A stretch of 64,000 bases of DNA from Alphaproteobacteria bacterium (lineage in GTDB: Bacteria > Pseudomonadota > Alphaproteobacteria > SP197). Of this stretch, positions 52,005 to 61,638 are shown one piece after another. Both the position numbers and the translations under genes were made by a program. Each line of letters begins with the position of its first letter. Within the stretch, counting starts at the first letter, position 1. Where the stretch lies: the NCBI GenBank assembly GCA_964291265.2, contig OZ219747.1:832001-896000 (forward strand). Direction: 5' to 3'. The notes beneath the pieces were generated by a model, which saw only the letters and a program-made list of their open reading frames with translations, ran no database searches and had not been told where the DNA came from.

Positions 52005-52463
52005 GTCACGGGACAGTCGAGCGCCTCTCCTCCCTTCCCTCGAGATCAGGCGCAGGACGCGGCCCTCTTGAGTGGTTCCGCTTCATCTCGGTAATCCAGT
52101 GAGCGAGACGCAGCGGTGCGGGATCACGGTGTTCTCCGACCATGCAGGCGCCCGGACCGTGGGTGTGATCCGCCGTGATCGACCTCGTCTTGCGTATCCG
52201 GATTCTCGACCACGGGCTCGCTTGTCCGCTCTTCATCACCGAGTTGCTGCGCACGCTTAGCGCGTGTTCCGGCGCCGACGCGGTCGTTGCCGCTGTCGCC
52301 CTGTCCGGTCCTGTGGGTGCCGAAGGTCGGCGTACCGAGGTGAGGGGACCTCGGGCACCCGTTCCGGGACCGGTCCTGCGTTGGCGTCTCACTCGGACTG
52401 CCACTCCTTCCCCACCTGCGGGAACGCAGCCCGCACGAAGGGTCGGGGAGCGGCCACGAGGAA

Positions 52464-52769
52464 TCAGGCCCGGCCGGTTGCCTTGCCGTCATCGAAGAGT
52501 TTCGATCCCCGCTCGTCGATGATCTGCTTTCCCTTGCGAACCGTATGGGTTACGGCATCCTCATGCGTCGTGAACGTGTCGGCGCGGGTGAAGGTGCGTT
52601 TCGAGGCACCATCCTCGCGCTGCCTGACGATGGCGCCGGCGATGCGCCATTGCTGTCCTTCGCGTTCGGGCGCCGGGTGAATCTCAAGGGCCTTGTAGGC
52701 CACGGTCTCGACGCTTCCGCCGGGCTGTCCGGCGAGGCGCTCGAGAAAGCGCGATACGAACGACGCCAT
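52464..52769 (-). CDS. HlyU-family small protein (alphaproteobacterial type)
   Basis: YKALEIHPAPEREGQQWRIAG...FTRADTF...RKGKQIIDERGSKLF. Confidence 0.75.
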   Translation of the reverse strand: MASFVSRFLERLAGQPGGSVETVAYKALEIHPAPEREGQQWRIAGAIVRQREDGASKRTFTRADTFTTHEDAVTHTVRKGKQIIDERGSKLFDDGKATGRA

Positions 52770-52959
52770 GATCGGCATCCCTGTTGTCCCGAGGTCCAGC
52801 GAACCACCTGACCGAGGTGAAGTCCACAATCTTCAGCCGGGGTCCCGACGGCATGCCGTTCGAACGGGGACCGACATCGGCGGGCTCCCCGTCGGTCCCG
52901 GGACCATCAGACGGGGCGTCGATCGACGCACCGGCCGGCGCGATCGAAGCCTGACAAGA

Positions 52960-54483
52960 TCAGTCGAGTTCGCCTGCGACCAGTTCGGCAAGGGCGCCGC
53001 CGCGCACCATCGCCGAGACCGCTTCGATGTCCGGCGCCATCTCGCGGTCCTCGTCCCAGAAGGGCACCCGTTGCCGGACCATCTCGTGCGCCCGCGCCAA
53101 GGTCTTCGAGGTGCGGAGCGGCCGGCGGAAATCGATCCCCTGGGCCGCTGCCAGCAGTTCGATGGCGATGATGTCGGCGAGGTTGTCGTTCATGTCGGCG
53201 AGCCGCCGGGCCGCATGGGTCGCCATGGACACGTGATCCTCCTGGTTGGCCGAGGTCGGCAGGCTGTCGATGGAGGCTGGCACCGCCTGATGCTTGTTCT
53301 CGGCGGCAAGAGCGGCAGCGGTGACATGGGCAATCATGAAGCCCGAGTTGACGCCGCTGTCCTCGACCAGAAAGGACGGCAGCGAGCTCATGCTCCCGTT
53401 GGTGAGCAGCGCGGTGCGACGTTCGGACATCGATCCGATCTCGGAGAGCACCAGGGCTAGAATGTCGGCGGCCATGGCCACCGGCTGGGCATGGAAGTTC
53501 CCGCCTGAAAGCACGTCGCCTTCGTCGCAGAACACCAGCGGGTTGTCGGTCACCGCGTTGGCCTCGCGCAGCAGCACGTCGCCGACCGATCGCAGATGAT
53601 CGAGGCAGGCGCCCATGACCTGGGGCTGGCACCTCAGCGAATACGGGTCCTGTACCCGATCGCAGTCCTCGTGCGACCTGCGGATCTCGCTGCCGCTCAG
53701 GAGGCCATGGTAGACGGACGCGACCCTGGTCTGTCCCACCTGCCGGCGTGCCGCGGAAATGCGCGGATCGAAGGGAGTGTCGGAACCGAGCGACGCATCG
53801 ACCGAGAGGGCGCCGGCGACCACGGCTGTGGCAAAGTTGCACTGCGCCCTGATCAAGCCATCGAGCGCCAGCGCCGCCGAGACCTGCGTCCCGTTGAGCA
53901 GCGCCAGGCCTTCCTTGGCGGCAAACGCCAGGGGCTCGAGGCCGATCCGCCCGAGCGCCGCGGAGGCCGGCACCGTCTCGCCATCCATGCGCACCTCGCC
54001 GTAGCCCATGAGAACGGCGCTGAGGTGAGCCAGGGGAGCGAGGTCGCCGGACGCGCCAACCGATCCCTTGGCCGGAATGACGGGGAGCGCATCGTGGTTG
54101 TAGAGTCGGACCAGCGCCTCGATTGTCGTTCGCTGGCATCCGGAAAGGCCAAGGGCGAGCGCGTTGATCTTGAGCGCGAGAACCAGCCGCACGATGGGAT
54201 CGGGCAGGGGAGCGCCGGTTCCTGCCGCGTGGCTCAGGACGATGCGTCTTTGCAGGTCGTTGATGCGGTCGCGCGAGATCGCAGTCCGCGCGAGGCTGCC
54301 GAATCCGGTGTTGATGCCGTAGACCCGGGCGTCTCCCGCGGCAACATCGAGCACGAGCCTTGCAGAACGCTCGACTTCGGCCCAGGCCCGCTCGTCGACG
54401 GCCATGGCAAGCCCACCCGAGCGAAGGCGCTCGATGTCCGGGAGCATCAGCGCACCCGGCATCAGGGTCAGGGTCTCGGGCAT
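52960..54483 (-). CDS. hutH: Histidine ammonia-lyase
   Basis: YGINTGFG, GSVGASGDLAPL (MIO), QDPYSLRCQPQV, SANQEDHVSM. Confidence 0.96.
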   Translation of the reverse strand: MPETLTLMPGALMLPDIERLRSGGLAMAVDERAWAEVERSARLVLDVAAGDARVYGINTGFGSLARTAISRDRINDLQRRIVLSHAAGTGAPLPDPIVRLVLALKINALALGLSGCQRTTIEALVRLYNHDALPVIPAKGSVGASGDLAPLAHLSAVLMGYGEVRMDGETVPASAALGRIGLEPLAFAAKEGLALLNGTQVSAALALDGLIRAQCNFATAVVAGALSVDASLGSDTPFDPRISAARRQVGQTRVASVYHGLLSGSEIRRSHEDCDRVQDPYSLRCQPQVMGACLDHLRSVGDVLLREANAVTDNPLVFCDEGDVLSGGNFHAQPVAMAADILALVLSEIGSMSERRTALLTNGSMSSLPSFLVEDSGVNSGFMIAHVTAAALAAENKHQAVPASIDSLPTSANQEDHVSMATHAARRLADMNDNLADIIAIELLAAAQGIDFRRPLRTSKTLARAHEMVRQRVPFWDEDREMAPDIEAVSAMVRGGALAELVAGELD

Positions 54484-54504
54484 GGGTTCCTCCTCGGGCT
54501 GCGG

Positions 54505-54735
54505 CAAGCGCCGTGTTCACGCCTGCGCCTCGATTCCACTCGCTCATGGCGAAACGATCCCACCACAGGCAAGCTGCCGGACCACAATGATCCGGCGACC
54601 ACGCTCAGGTACACGCATCTTGCCGATGACACAGGTCACGGGCCGCTGAATTCCCTCTTTCGGTCCCGGGCGGGAGGGTCGGGGCATGCAGCGAAAGACG
54701 CGGTTGAGTGACCGTGCCATCGCCCGCCTTGCGGC
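54505..54735 (+). pseudogene. Integrase remnants: a catalytic C-terminus followed by a possible second integrase N-terminus
   Basis: HACASIPLAHGETI / GKLPDHNDPATTLRYTHLADD, then MQRKTRLSDRAIARL. Confidence 0.55.
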
Positions 54736-54783
54736 GATGTCCGGCTCGATTGACAGGGCGCAGCCCGTCCCGCGACGGGCGCC

Positions 54784-54975
54784 TCAGGCGCCGCCACCTT
54801 TCGTCTCCTCGGGCGACATCGCCTCTCCCGCCAGCACCGGCGCGATGTCGGTCTGCGCGAAGCCGGCGCCCTTGAAGAGCAGGGGTTCGCCGACCGTTTC
54901 GGCGAGGGCGTAGACGAGGCAGTCGGCGAAATCCAGGCCGGCCGGATGGTGGCCCTTGCCGACGCGTCGCCGCAC
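54784..54975 (-). pseudogene. VapC (PIN) toxin C-terminal fragment
   Basis: GKGHHPAGLDFADCLVYALA...EPLLFKGAGFAQTDI; N-terminus and antitoxin absent. Confidence 0.75.
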
Positions 54976-55040
54976 GGTGTCTGGCCGGCGAGACCGCAGT
55001 CCTGACGATGGCCGCCCGGTGGAGTTGAAGGCGCGGGCGG

Positions 55041-56183
55041 TCAGATCGGATCCATCAGCGAGATGGCCTCGGCCATGGCGATGGTCTCCAGCTGGTAGGC
55101 GAGGTCCGAGGCACTGTCGTCCTCGAGGACACTGAAGAACGCTACCACCGTCCCGCTGTCCGGATCAACGAAGAGAAACTGGCCGCCCCAGCCGCCGTGG
55201 CCGATCCAGCGGCCGTTGGTGCGCATCTGGTTGCCATAGGTGATGTGGTCGGCCGGTGGCGTGTAGCGCGGACCGGTCTGGGCACGGGTGGCCCTGATGA
55301 AGGCCTCGCTGCCGATCTTCTGGCCGCGGATGCCAAGGCCGCCGCGAACGAAGATGAGACCATAGCGCGCCAGGTCGCGGGCGCTCAGCGAAACGCCGCC
55401 GTTGAGGTTGGGTACGCCGTCGCGGTCGCACGACAGCCAGAGCGCGTCCTCGATGCCCGCACCCTCGACGATGTCGATGAAGTGATGCCTCAGCGGCCTG
55501 TTCTCCACCCTCTCCGCGACCCAGCCGACGACGTCGGTGTTCGCCGACTTGTACTGCGGTTCGCCTGAAGTGTTCGCGATATCATCGCTGGCAATGCCGC
55601 GAAGGAACGACCTGTTGGCGAGCTCTTCCCGGCCGCCAGCCGGGAGCCGCCAGCCCATGGCTATTCCATGGTCGGCGAGAGCCGTCGTCAGTGGATCGGA
55701 GTAGTCCTCCGCGTAGTCGTTGACGATGTTCATGTCCATGACGTCCTGGACCGTCGCCTCGGCGTAACCGCTGCCGATTTCCGGCAGGTGATCGCCGACG
55801 CGCGAGAGCATGTCGAGGCGTCCTTCCTCGACGAGGCGGCCGATCAGCAGGTTCATGGCCGTCTTCGAGATGGACATGACCGTGTGGGGACGATCGGGAC
55901 CGAAGTCGGGAGCGTAGGCTTCGAACACGAGCTCGTCGTGGCGCAGCACCACCATGGCGGAGAAGAAGGTCGTTCCCGTCAGACGGCGGACCTCGGGCAT
56001 GTCGCCGATTCGCCGGTCGATTCGCCGGTTGAGCGTCAGAACGTTCGGACTCCTGAGGAAGAAGCCGTAGCGCGTCAGTCGCCACAGATTGTGGAAGCCA
56101 TGGCGCCGGTGGCTGGAGGTGACCCATGCTTCCCGCTGGTCCGGGCCGACAACGAGATCGGGATTGGCCTTGACGGCGCTCAT
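55041..56183 (-). CDS. Serine hydrolase, beta-lactamase class C-like
   Basis: HTVMSISKT (SxxK), YKSAN, GHGGWGGQ. Confidence 0.85.
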   Translation of the reverse strand: MSAVKANPDLVVGPDQREAWVTSSHRRHGFHNLWRLTRYGFFLRSPNVLTLNRRIDRRIGDMPEVRRLTGTTFFSAMVVLRHDELVFEAYAPDFGPDRPHTVMSISKTAMNLLIGRLVEEGRLDMLSRVGDHLPEIGSGYAEATVQDVMDMNIVNDYAEDYSDPLTTALADHGIAMGWRLPAGGREELANRSFLRGIASDDIANTSGEPQYKSANTDVVGWVAERVENRPLRHHFIDIVEGAGIEDALWLSCDRDGVPNLNGGVSLSARDLARYGLIFVRGGLGIRGQKIGSEAFIRATRAQTGPRYTPPADHITYGNQMRTNGRWIGHGGWGGQFLFVDPDSGTVVAFFSVLEDDSASDLAYQLETIAMAEAISLMDPI

Positions 56184-57142
56184 CGAATGGCTCCTCTCGG
56201 GATCACTTCGTGGCCCGGTTTTTCCGGTTCGTCATCGATCATCTCCGCCGGAAAGCCGGGAGCGCGAACCGAGACGTCACAGGCATCCTCGAGCCTGCGG
56301 ATGATGTTGGGCGACCATTCCCTCGGGCCGTAGCGTGCCTCGCCATCCCGGAAGATCTCGACCAGCTTCGGCGCGATTTCGACAGGCACCCCGGCCCGTT
56401 CGGCGATCTGCTGGAAGATTCCGATATCCTTCGACACCAGGTCCATCGTGAAGTTGATGTCGCGGCTGCCGTTGAGGATCACCTGGCTTTCGGTCTCGTG
56501 CACGAACGAGTTGCCCGAGGAGATGCGGATTGCTTCGTAGGTGGTGGAGAGATCCATGCCGGCCATCTTGGAGGTGACCAGAGCTTCCGAGAGGGAGACG
56601 AGATTGGCCGTTGCCAGGTAGTTGGTGACCACCTTGAGAATGGATGCGGATCCCAGCGGGCCGGTGTGAAGGATGCGCCGCCCCATTGCCTTCAGCAGGG
56701 GCAGCATGCGCTCGAAGACACCACGTTCGCATCCGGCGAAGATGGCGATGTTGCCGGTCGCCGCCCTGTGACATCCACCGGAGACGGGACAATCGACCGC
56801 GTCTGCGCCCTCGGCCTCGACAAGCGCTCCGAGACGGCGGACCTCCGCTTCGTCGGTCGTGCTCATTTCCGCCCAGATGCTTCCCGCCCGAAGGCCGGCG
56901 AGAACCCCGTCCTCCGCCTCCATGACCCTGGCCGAGGCGGCAGGAGACGGCAGGCACGTGATCACCACGTCGCATGCACGGGCCATCGCTCGTGGGCTCT
57001 CCGCCCAGGCGGCGCCGTTCCCGAGGAAGGGGTGCGCCGCATCGAGGTCGAGATCCCTGACCACGAGCTCGAACCCGTTGCGCTGGAGGCTTCCCGCCAG
57101 CTTTCCTCCGACATTGCCCAATCCGATGAAACCGACCTTCAT
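56180..57142 (-). CDS. NAD(P)-dependent beta-hydroxyacid dehydrogenase (3-hydroxyisobutyrate dehydrogenase family)
   Basis: VGFIGLGNVG, EMSTT, DCPVSGG, LKVVTN. Confidence 0.9.
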   Translation of the reverse strand: MKVGFIGLGNVGGKLAGSLQRNGFELVVRDLDLDAAHPFLGNGAAWAESPRAMARACDVVITCLPSPAASARVMEAEDGVLAGLRAGSIWAEMSTTDEAEVRRLGALVEAEGADAVDCPVSGGCHRAATGNIAIFAGCERGVFERMLPLLKAMGRRILHTGPLGSASILKVVTNYLATANLVSLSEALVTSKMAGMDLSTTYEAIRISSGNSFVHETESQVILNGSRDINFTMDLVSKDIGIFQQIAERAGVPVEIAPKLVEIFRDGEARYGPREWSPNIIRRLEDACDVSVRAPGFPAEMIDDEPEKPGHEVIPRGAIR

Positions 57143-57312
57143 GACAGGGAGCTCCGCGCCGCATTCGCGAAATCCTGCACCGCCGGCAGACCGGTGTCGA
57201 GACGACCTCCCTGCTGTCGTTCCCTTGCACCATTGCGGACCCGCCTCCCTTGACCGGCCGAGGAGCGGACCGCGACAATGGCCGCTGACATGAACGGCTC
57301 CGGAAGGGACCG

Positions 57313-58296
57313 GTGAGCGACGAACGCGACATCTTCTGGGACGAGCGGGACCTCCCCGGACCCACACGCGACCCGTCACGGCTCAAGCGCGACATGGACC
57401 GGTGGGGGTACTGCATGATTGCCGAGGCGGTGCCCGCCGACACGCTGCGGGTCATGCGTGAACGTCTCGAGGAGCTCGCCGAGACCGAGGCGGCAATGGG
57501 CGGCCATGTCTTTGCCGACCGGGTCAACGCCGCCGACAGCAACAACCAGTGGGTCCTCATGCTCGTCAACAAGGGAGAGGTCTTTCTGCGCACCGTCGAT
57601 CACCCCGACACCCGGCCGGTTCTCGAGCACCTTCTGGGCCCCGAGTACCTGCTGAGCGAGTCGTCCGCGCACCTCACCCGCCCGGGCAATCCGGCCATGG
57701 CGCTGCACACGGACCAGTGGTGGATGCCGCCTCCCGTGATGCCGGGAGAACATCATCGGCCTGCTGGCACGATCACCCGCGAGGGTGCGACTCAGGGACC
57801 CTTGAGGAAGGCGACGCAGGCGATCGCGGCGCCCATGGTCGCCCAGACCATGCTCTTCGTCTCGGATTTCACGGAAGCCAACGGCGCCACCCGCCTGGTG
57901 CCCGGGAGCCACATGACCGGCAGCCAGCCGGACCAGTCCGTGCCCCACGTGGTTCCCTCGGTCGCCGCAGAAGGACCTGCCGGAACGATCGCGATCTGGG
58001 AGGGCCGCACGTGGCACTCGGCGGGCCCCAATACCTCGAACGAGACGCGATACGGAATGCCGACGCTCTACGCCGCACCCCAGATGCGGACACTCATGAA
58101 CTTCACGCTCGGCACGCGATCCGGAATCGTCGATGACGCACCGGATCGCCTGCGCCGGCTGCTCGGGTTCAGGATATGGAGCGGTTACGGTTCGACCGGC
58201 GAAATGGGCGCCCTGTGGGCCCGTTCAGGCGACGCCATCGCCGCCGACATGGACGACAGCAGCACCGGTGAACCCGTTGCCGCCCATCCGGACTGA
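57313..58296 (+). CDS. Phytanoyl-CoA dioxygenase (PhyH) family 2OG-Fe(II) oxygenase
   Basis: LHTDQ, DFTEANGATRLVPGSH, TWHSAGPN. Confidence 0.88.
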   Translation: MSDERDIFWDERDLPGPTRDPSRLKRDMDRWGYCMIAEAVPADTLRVMRERLEELAETEAAMGGHVFADRVNAADSNNQWVLMLVNKGEVFLRTVDHPDTRPVLEHLLGPEYLLSESSAHLTRPGNPAMALHTDQWWMPPPVMPGEHHRPAGTITREGATQGPLRKATQAIAAPMVAQTMLFVSDFTEANGATRLVPGSHMTGSQPDQSVPHVVPSVAAEGPAGTIAIWEGRTWHSAGPNTSNETRYGMPTLYAAPQMRTLMNFTLGTRSGIVDDAPDRLRRLLGFRIWSGYGSTGEMGALWARSGDAIAADMDDSSTGEPVAAHPD

Positions 58297-58413
58297 TGCA
58301 GCGGCCCGGTGTTGGCCACAGGGCTGTGGGTGGATTCGCGTTCGTCGGTCCTTTCGTGTGCGACAGGTACGCCCCGGTCCTTTACACATGGACAGTCAAC
58401 GCAACGGACGAGA

Positions 58414-59175
58414 ATGATGCCGCAGTCCGCGCTGCAACCTGCCGAGGAACTGGGTCGCACGGCCCCCGACCTCTTTTGCGCCACCGTCTATTCCGGCGAG
58501 CGTACCATCGAGGCACCGGCCATCGATCTGCCGCCGGCCCTGCAGCCGAACACGCGGCTCCGGATGGATGGCCTCGAGTTCCTGTCGAAGATTCCTTCGG
58601 GTGTGATGCCCGTTGCCTTCTTTGATCCGCAGTACCGGGGAGTGCTGGACAAGCTGGCCTACGGCAACGAAGGCAAGCAGCGCGGCAAGAAACGGGCCGC
58701 ACTGGCGCAGATGCCGGAAGACGTCATAGGCCGTTTCATCCGTGGCATCGACCGGGCCCTGATCCCTTCCGGCCACCTGTTCCTGTGGGTGGACAAGTTC
58801 CATCTGTGCCAGGGAATCGAGCGATGGCTGGACGACACGAGTCTCGGCATCGTCGATCTTGTCACGTGGGACAAGGGCACGTTCGGCATGGGATATCGAA
58901 CGCGGCGGCGGGGCGAGTACTGCATCGTGCTGCAGCGCGAGCCCCGCAAGGCAAAGGGGGTATGGAAGACCCACAACATTCCCGATGTCGTTCGTGAGAA
59001 GATCACGCAGAAGAGCCATACCCATGCCAAGCCGGTGGATCTCCAGGGAGAACTGTTGTCCGCCGTCACCAACGAAGGCGACTACGTGATCGATCCGGCT
59101 GCCGGCTCGTTTTCCGTTCTGACCGCAGCCGTGAGCCGTGGCCGCACCTTCCTTGGCTGCGATTTGAACGGGTAG
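58414..59175 (+). CDS. Orphan N6-adenine/N4-cytosine DNA methyltransferase (beta-class motif order)
   Basis: Catalytic-like FFDPQY near the N-terminus, HTHAKP, SAM-binding VIDPAAGSFS near the C-terminus; start approximate. Confidence 0.85.
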   Translation: MMPQSALQPAEELGRTAPDLFCATVYSGERTIEAPAIDLPPALQPNTRLRMDGLEFLSKIPSGVMPVAFFDPQYRGVLDKLAYGNEGKQRGKKRAALAQMPEDVIGRFIRGIDRALIPSGHLFLWVDKFHLCQGIERWLDDTSLGIVDLVTWDKGTFGMGYRTRRRGEYCIVLQREPRKAKGVWKTHNIPDVVREKITQKSHTHAKPVDLQGELLSAVTNEGDYVIDPAAGSFSVLTAAVSRGRTFLGCDLNG

Positions 59176-59424
59176 GGGAACACGCCGCGAGACTCTCCGG
59201 TGAGATGAGCGCATCAACGCCCTCCCGTCAGCTGGCCCGGGGCTGATCACCGCACGCCCCCGGCCAACCGCGAGCGGCACGGCGCCCGCGCGATCAGCCG
59301 GACAATGCACATGTTTCGCAACTCGTGCTTCTTGTTCCGAGGATGTCAGGCCGCCCCGGGCCTTGCTTCCCTGTCGATGACATGCCGTAGCGTGCATCTT
59401 CAGACGTCCTGACCTCGGCTTCGA

Positions 59425-59640
59425 TGTTTCGGGCGCAGTCGCCGGAGTGGGTCTCGACGTGTCCGATCCCGAACCACCTGCGCCGGACGACCCCTTCCTC
59501 GCGATGTCCGGGTCATCATCACCCCGTATGTTGGCGCCGGAACGGGCGAGACACGCGAAATGATGTGCGGTCTGGCAGCAACCAACCTCATCGAGAGCCT
59601 GGCCGGGCTCCGGCCTGCCGCAGTCGTCAACCAGATGGAC
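59425..59640 (+). pseudogene. D-2-hydroxyacid dehydrogenase C-terminal remnant
   Basis: VAGVGLDVSDPEPPAPDDPFLAM / VIITPYVGAGTGETREMMCGLAATNLIESLAG across a frameshift. Confidence 0.6.
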
Positions 59641-59676
59641 CTTCAGTTGGCGCCGGACGCCTGAAGGCCGTTGTCT

Positions 59677-60594
59677 TCAGCGTGACTCCGTCCGCGTCAC
59701 CGGTGGCGCCGTGTCATCACGTGAACGGTGCCTGCGGGGCAGGAAGGCCTGGAACGAGATGGCTGCCATGATGACGGCGCCGCCGATGATGGTGAGGAGG
59801 GTCGGGATCTCGTTGAGGAAGAGGAAGACCCAGAAGGGCGACAGGACCGATTCGACCATGGAGAGAACGGTCAGTTCCGCGGCGGGCAGGTGCCGTGCGG
59901 CAAGCGTGAAAAGGCCGTTGCACACGGCGCTGATGAAGATGCCCTGGGTCATGCACAGCGCCAGATCGTGGAACGAGATGAACAGGTGGTCGGCTGTCAG
60001 GGCTGCTGCCGCGCACGCTATCATGCCCGAGACGGCAACGGTCGGCACCATGTCCCGTCCCCGGCCAAAGCGGCAGGCGACGACATAGAACGAGGAGAGG
60101 AGGGCGCAGGACAGTGCCAGAAAATTGCCTTCCCAATTGCCACCGGCAAATCCTTCCCAGACCATGAGGGCGACACCCGACATGGCGATGGCCGATGCCA
60201 GGATGGTGCGTCGGCCCATCGGTTCACGCATCACGATCCAGGCGAGAGCGCCGACGATGAAGGGTGCGGCGGCAATCAGGAAACTGATGTTGGCAATGGT
60301 CGTGCGTTCCATTGCCATGATGAACGTGACGGCGGCGAATCCCAGACCGACGCCACCGACAACTCCGGGCCAGCCGATGGCCCTGAAAGCGCGCAGCGTG
60401 TTGAGGCGGTACCTGAAGACGACAAAGGACGTGATGGCCGAAGCAAGGCCAAGGCTGCGGTAGAACACGACCTCGAGAGCTCCGGCCTCCTCGATGAGAC
60501 GGAAGACGAGACCTGTCGTGCTCCAGCCGGCGGCAAGGGCGAGAGCGAGAATGACCCAGAGAAGACGGTTTTCTGACCGGAACCAGACCAGCAT
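59677..60594 (-). CDS. DMT/EamA family transporter
   Basis: About 10 hydrophobic segments in two repeats; ESVLSPFWVFLFLNEIP. Confidence 0.88.
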   Translation of the reverse strand: MLVWFRSENRLLWVILALALAAGWSTTGLVFRLIEEAGALEVVFYRSLGLASAITSFVVFRYRLNTLRAFRAIGWPGVVGGVGLGFAAVTFIMAMERTTIANISFLIAAAPFIVGALAWIVMREPMGRRTILASAIAMSGVALMVWEGFAGGNWEGNFLALSCALLSSFYVVACRFGRGRDMVPTVAVSGMIACAAAALTADHLFISFHDLALCMTQGIFISAVCNGLFTLAARHLPAAELTVLSMVESVLSPFWVFLFLNEIPTLLTIIGGAVIMAAISFQAFLPRRHRSRDDTAPPVTRTESR

Positions 60595-60912
60595 GCCGCC
60601 GCACCTTCATGCCGATTGCGGATCCTTGCGAACATTCGGGAGGCAGTCCGCACGCCATCTCAAGGTCAAAAGCCCCCTGACGTCCAGATGCCTGGGCGAA
60701 AAAAGGGGAACTGTGTCGTGGCGAAGTGATCGGACAATGCGCGTGCCGTGGTCTGTGGTCATGCGGACCTGAATGAACATCCGCAACATCGGGCGTCGAG
60801 GACTGGCGCATCTGCACGGGGAAGGAGCGTTGCCGTCAGGCGCTCCGATGATCCGTGAAACGGATCGGAGACTGGCGGCATGAGCCTTTCAGTCAACAGG
60901 AGGTGCGCAAGG

Positions 60913-61036
60913 GTCAGCGTGCGGTCACAGGGTGACGATGATGAGGATGACGGCGGCGACTGCGCACATGTCCCGTGTCTCGCCCGCATGCGCTCGGTTG
61001 TTGATGCCCCTGTCACTGCGTGACCGAACGCTTCAC
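60913..61036. mobile_element. MITE with IS66-type ends (copy 4)
   Basis: GTCAGCGTGCGGTCAC...GTGACCGAACGCTTCAC; perfect 8-bp TSD GCGCAAGG at 60905-60912 and 61037-61044. Confidence 0.85.
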
Positions 61037-61437
61037 GCGCAAGGCATGATGCAGTGGCGTTGCCGCTCATCCGCGAGGCGCGGGCGACCAGGCCGGAAAT
61101 CGCCGCCTGGCTCAACGAGCTCAGCCGCGACCGTGTTCCGCGGAGCGGCGGCCGGGCGGGACGGCTGCCGCCGGGCGAGTTGTCGCTCGGGCGGATGACA
61201 GCAGACGCCCGATGGCAGGGCCGTGCATCGGTGCGGACCGCGCAAGGCGTCCTGATGCTGAGAGAACGGGTGCATCCCGCGATCCGGACGATGCGCGCCT
61301 GCAACCGCGGAGCGGGCGTGCCTTCACCAGGGCGGTGAGCGCGCACATCCGTGCCAGGGTCTGGACCAGGATCGCTTATGTGGCGGATCGACAGGCGTCA
61401 CGGCATTGTGGGCGGCAGGTGCGAAGGAGTGCGACCC

Positions 61438-61638
61438 ATGGTCGAGAACGTCACGAACGATCTGCTTCTGGTGCGTCTCAAGCAGATTCAGGGCAAGCTC
61501 TCGGAGCATGATGAACGATTTTCCCGCATCGAGAGTGAGCTGCGCGCCATCAGGGCGCACTTGGCGGGTCTCGTCCAAAGCGATCTGACGCGGGCCGCGG
61601 CGCCAGGCGCACGCGAAGATTGGCCGGAAACATCGTGA
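61438..61638 (+). CDS. Small coiled-coil hypothetical protein, possibly 3'-truncated
   Basis: AAGGAG RBS; heptad-like MVENVTNDLLLVRLKQIQGKLSEHDERFSRIESELRAI; overlaps the P450 3' end on the opposite strand. Confidence 0.5.
   Translation: MVENVTNDLLLVRLKQIQGKLSEHDERFSRIESELRAIRAHLAGLVQSDLTRAAAPGAREDWPETS

Noticed and set aside
52060-52300. Possible IS5-family transposase C-terminal relic on the minus strand
   Set aside because: An RARVEHPF-like motif appears only after assuming a frameshift; no IRs found.
61045-61338. ORF to the right of MITE copy 4
   Set aside because: No recognisable family; possibly a remnant of an interrupted gene, but unassignable.
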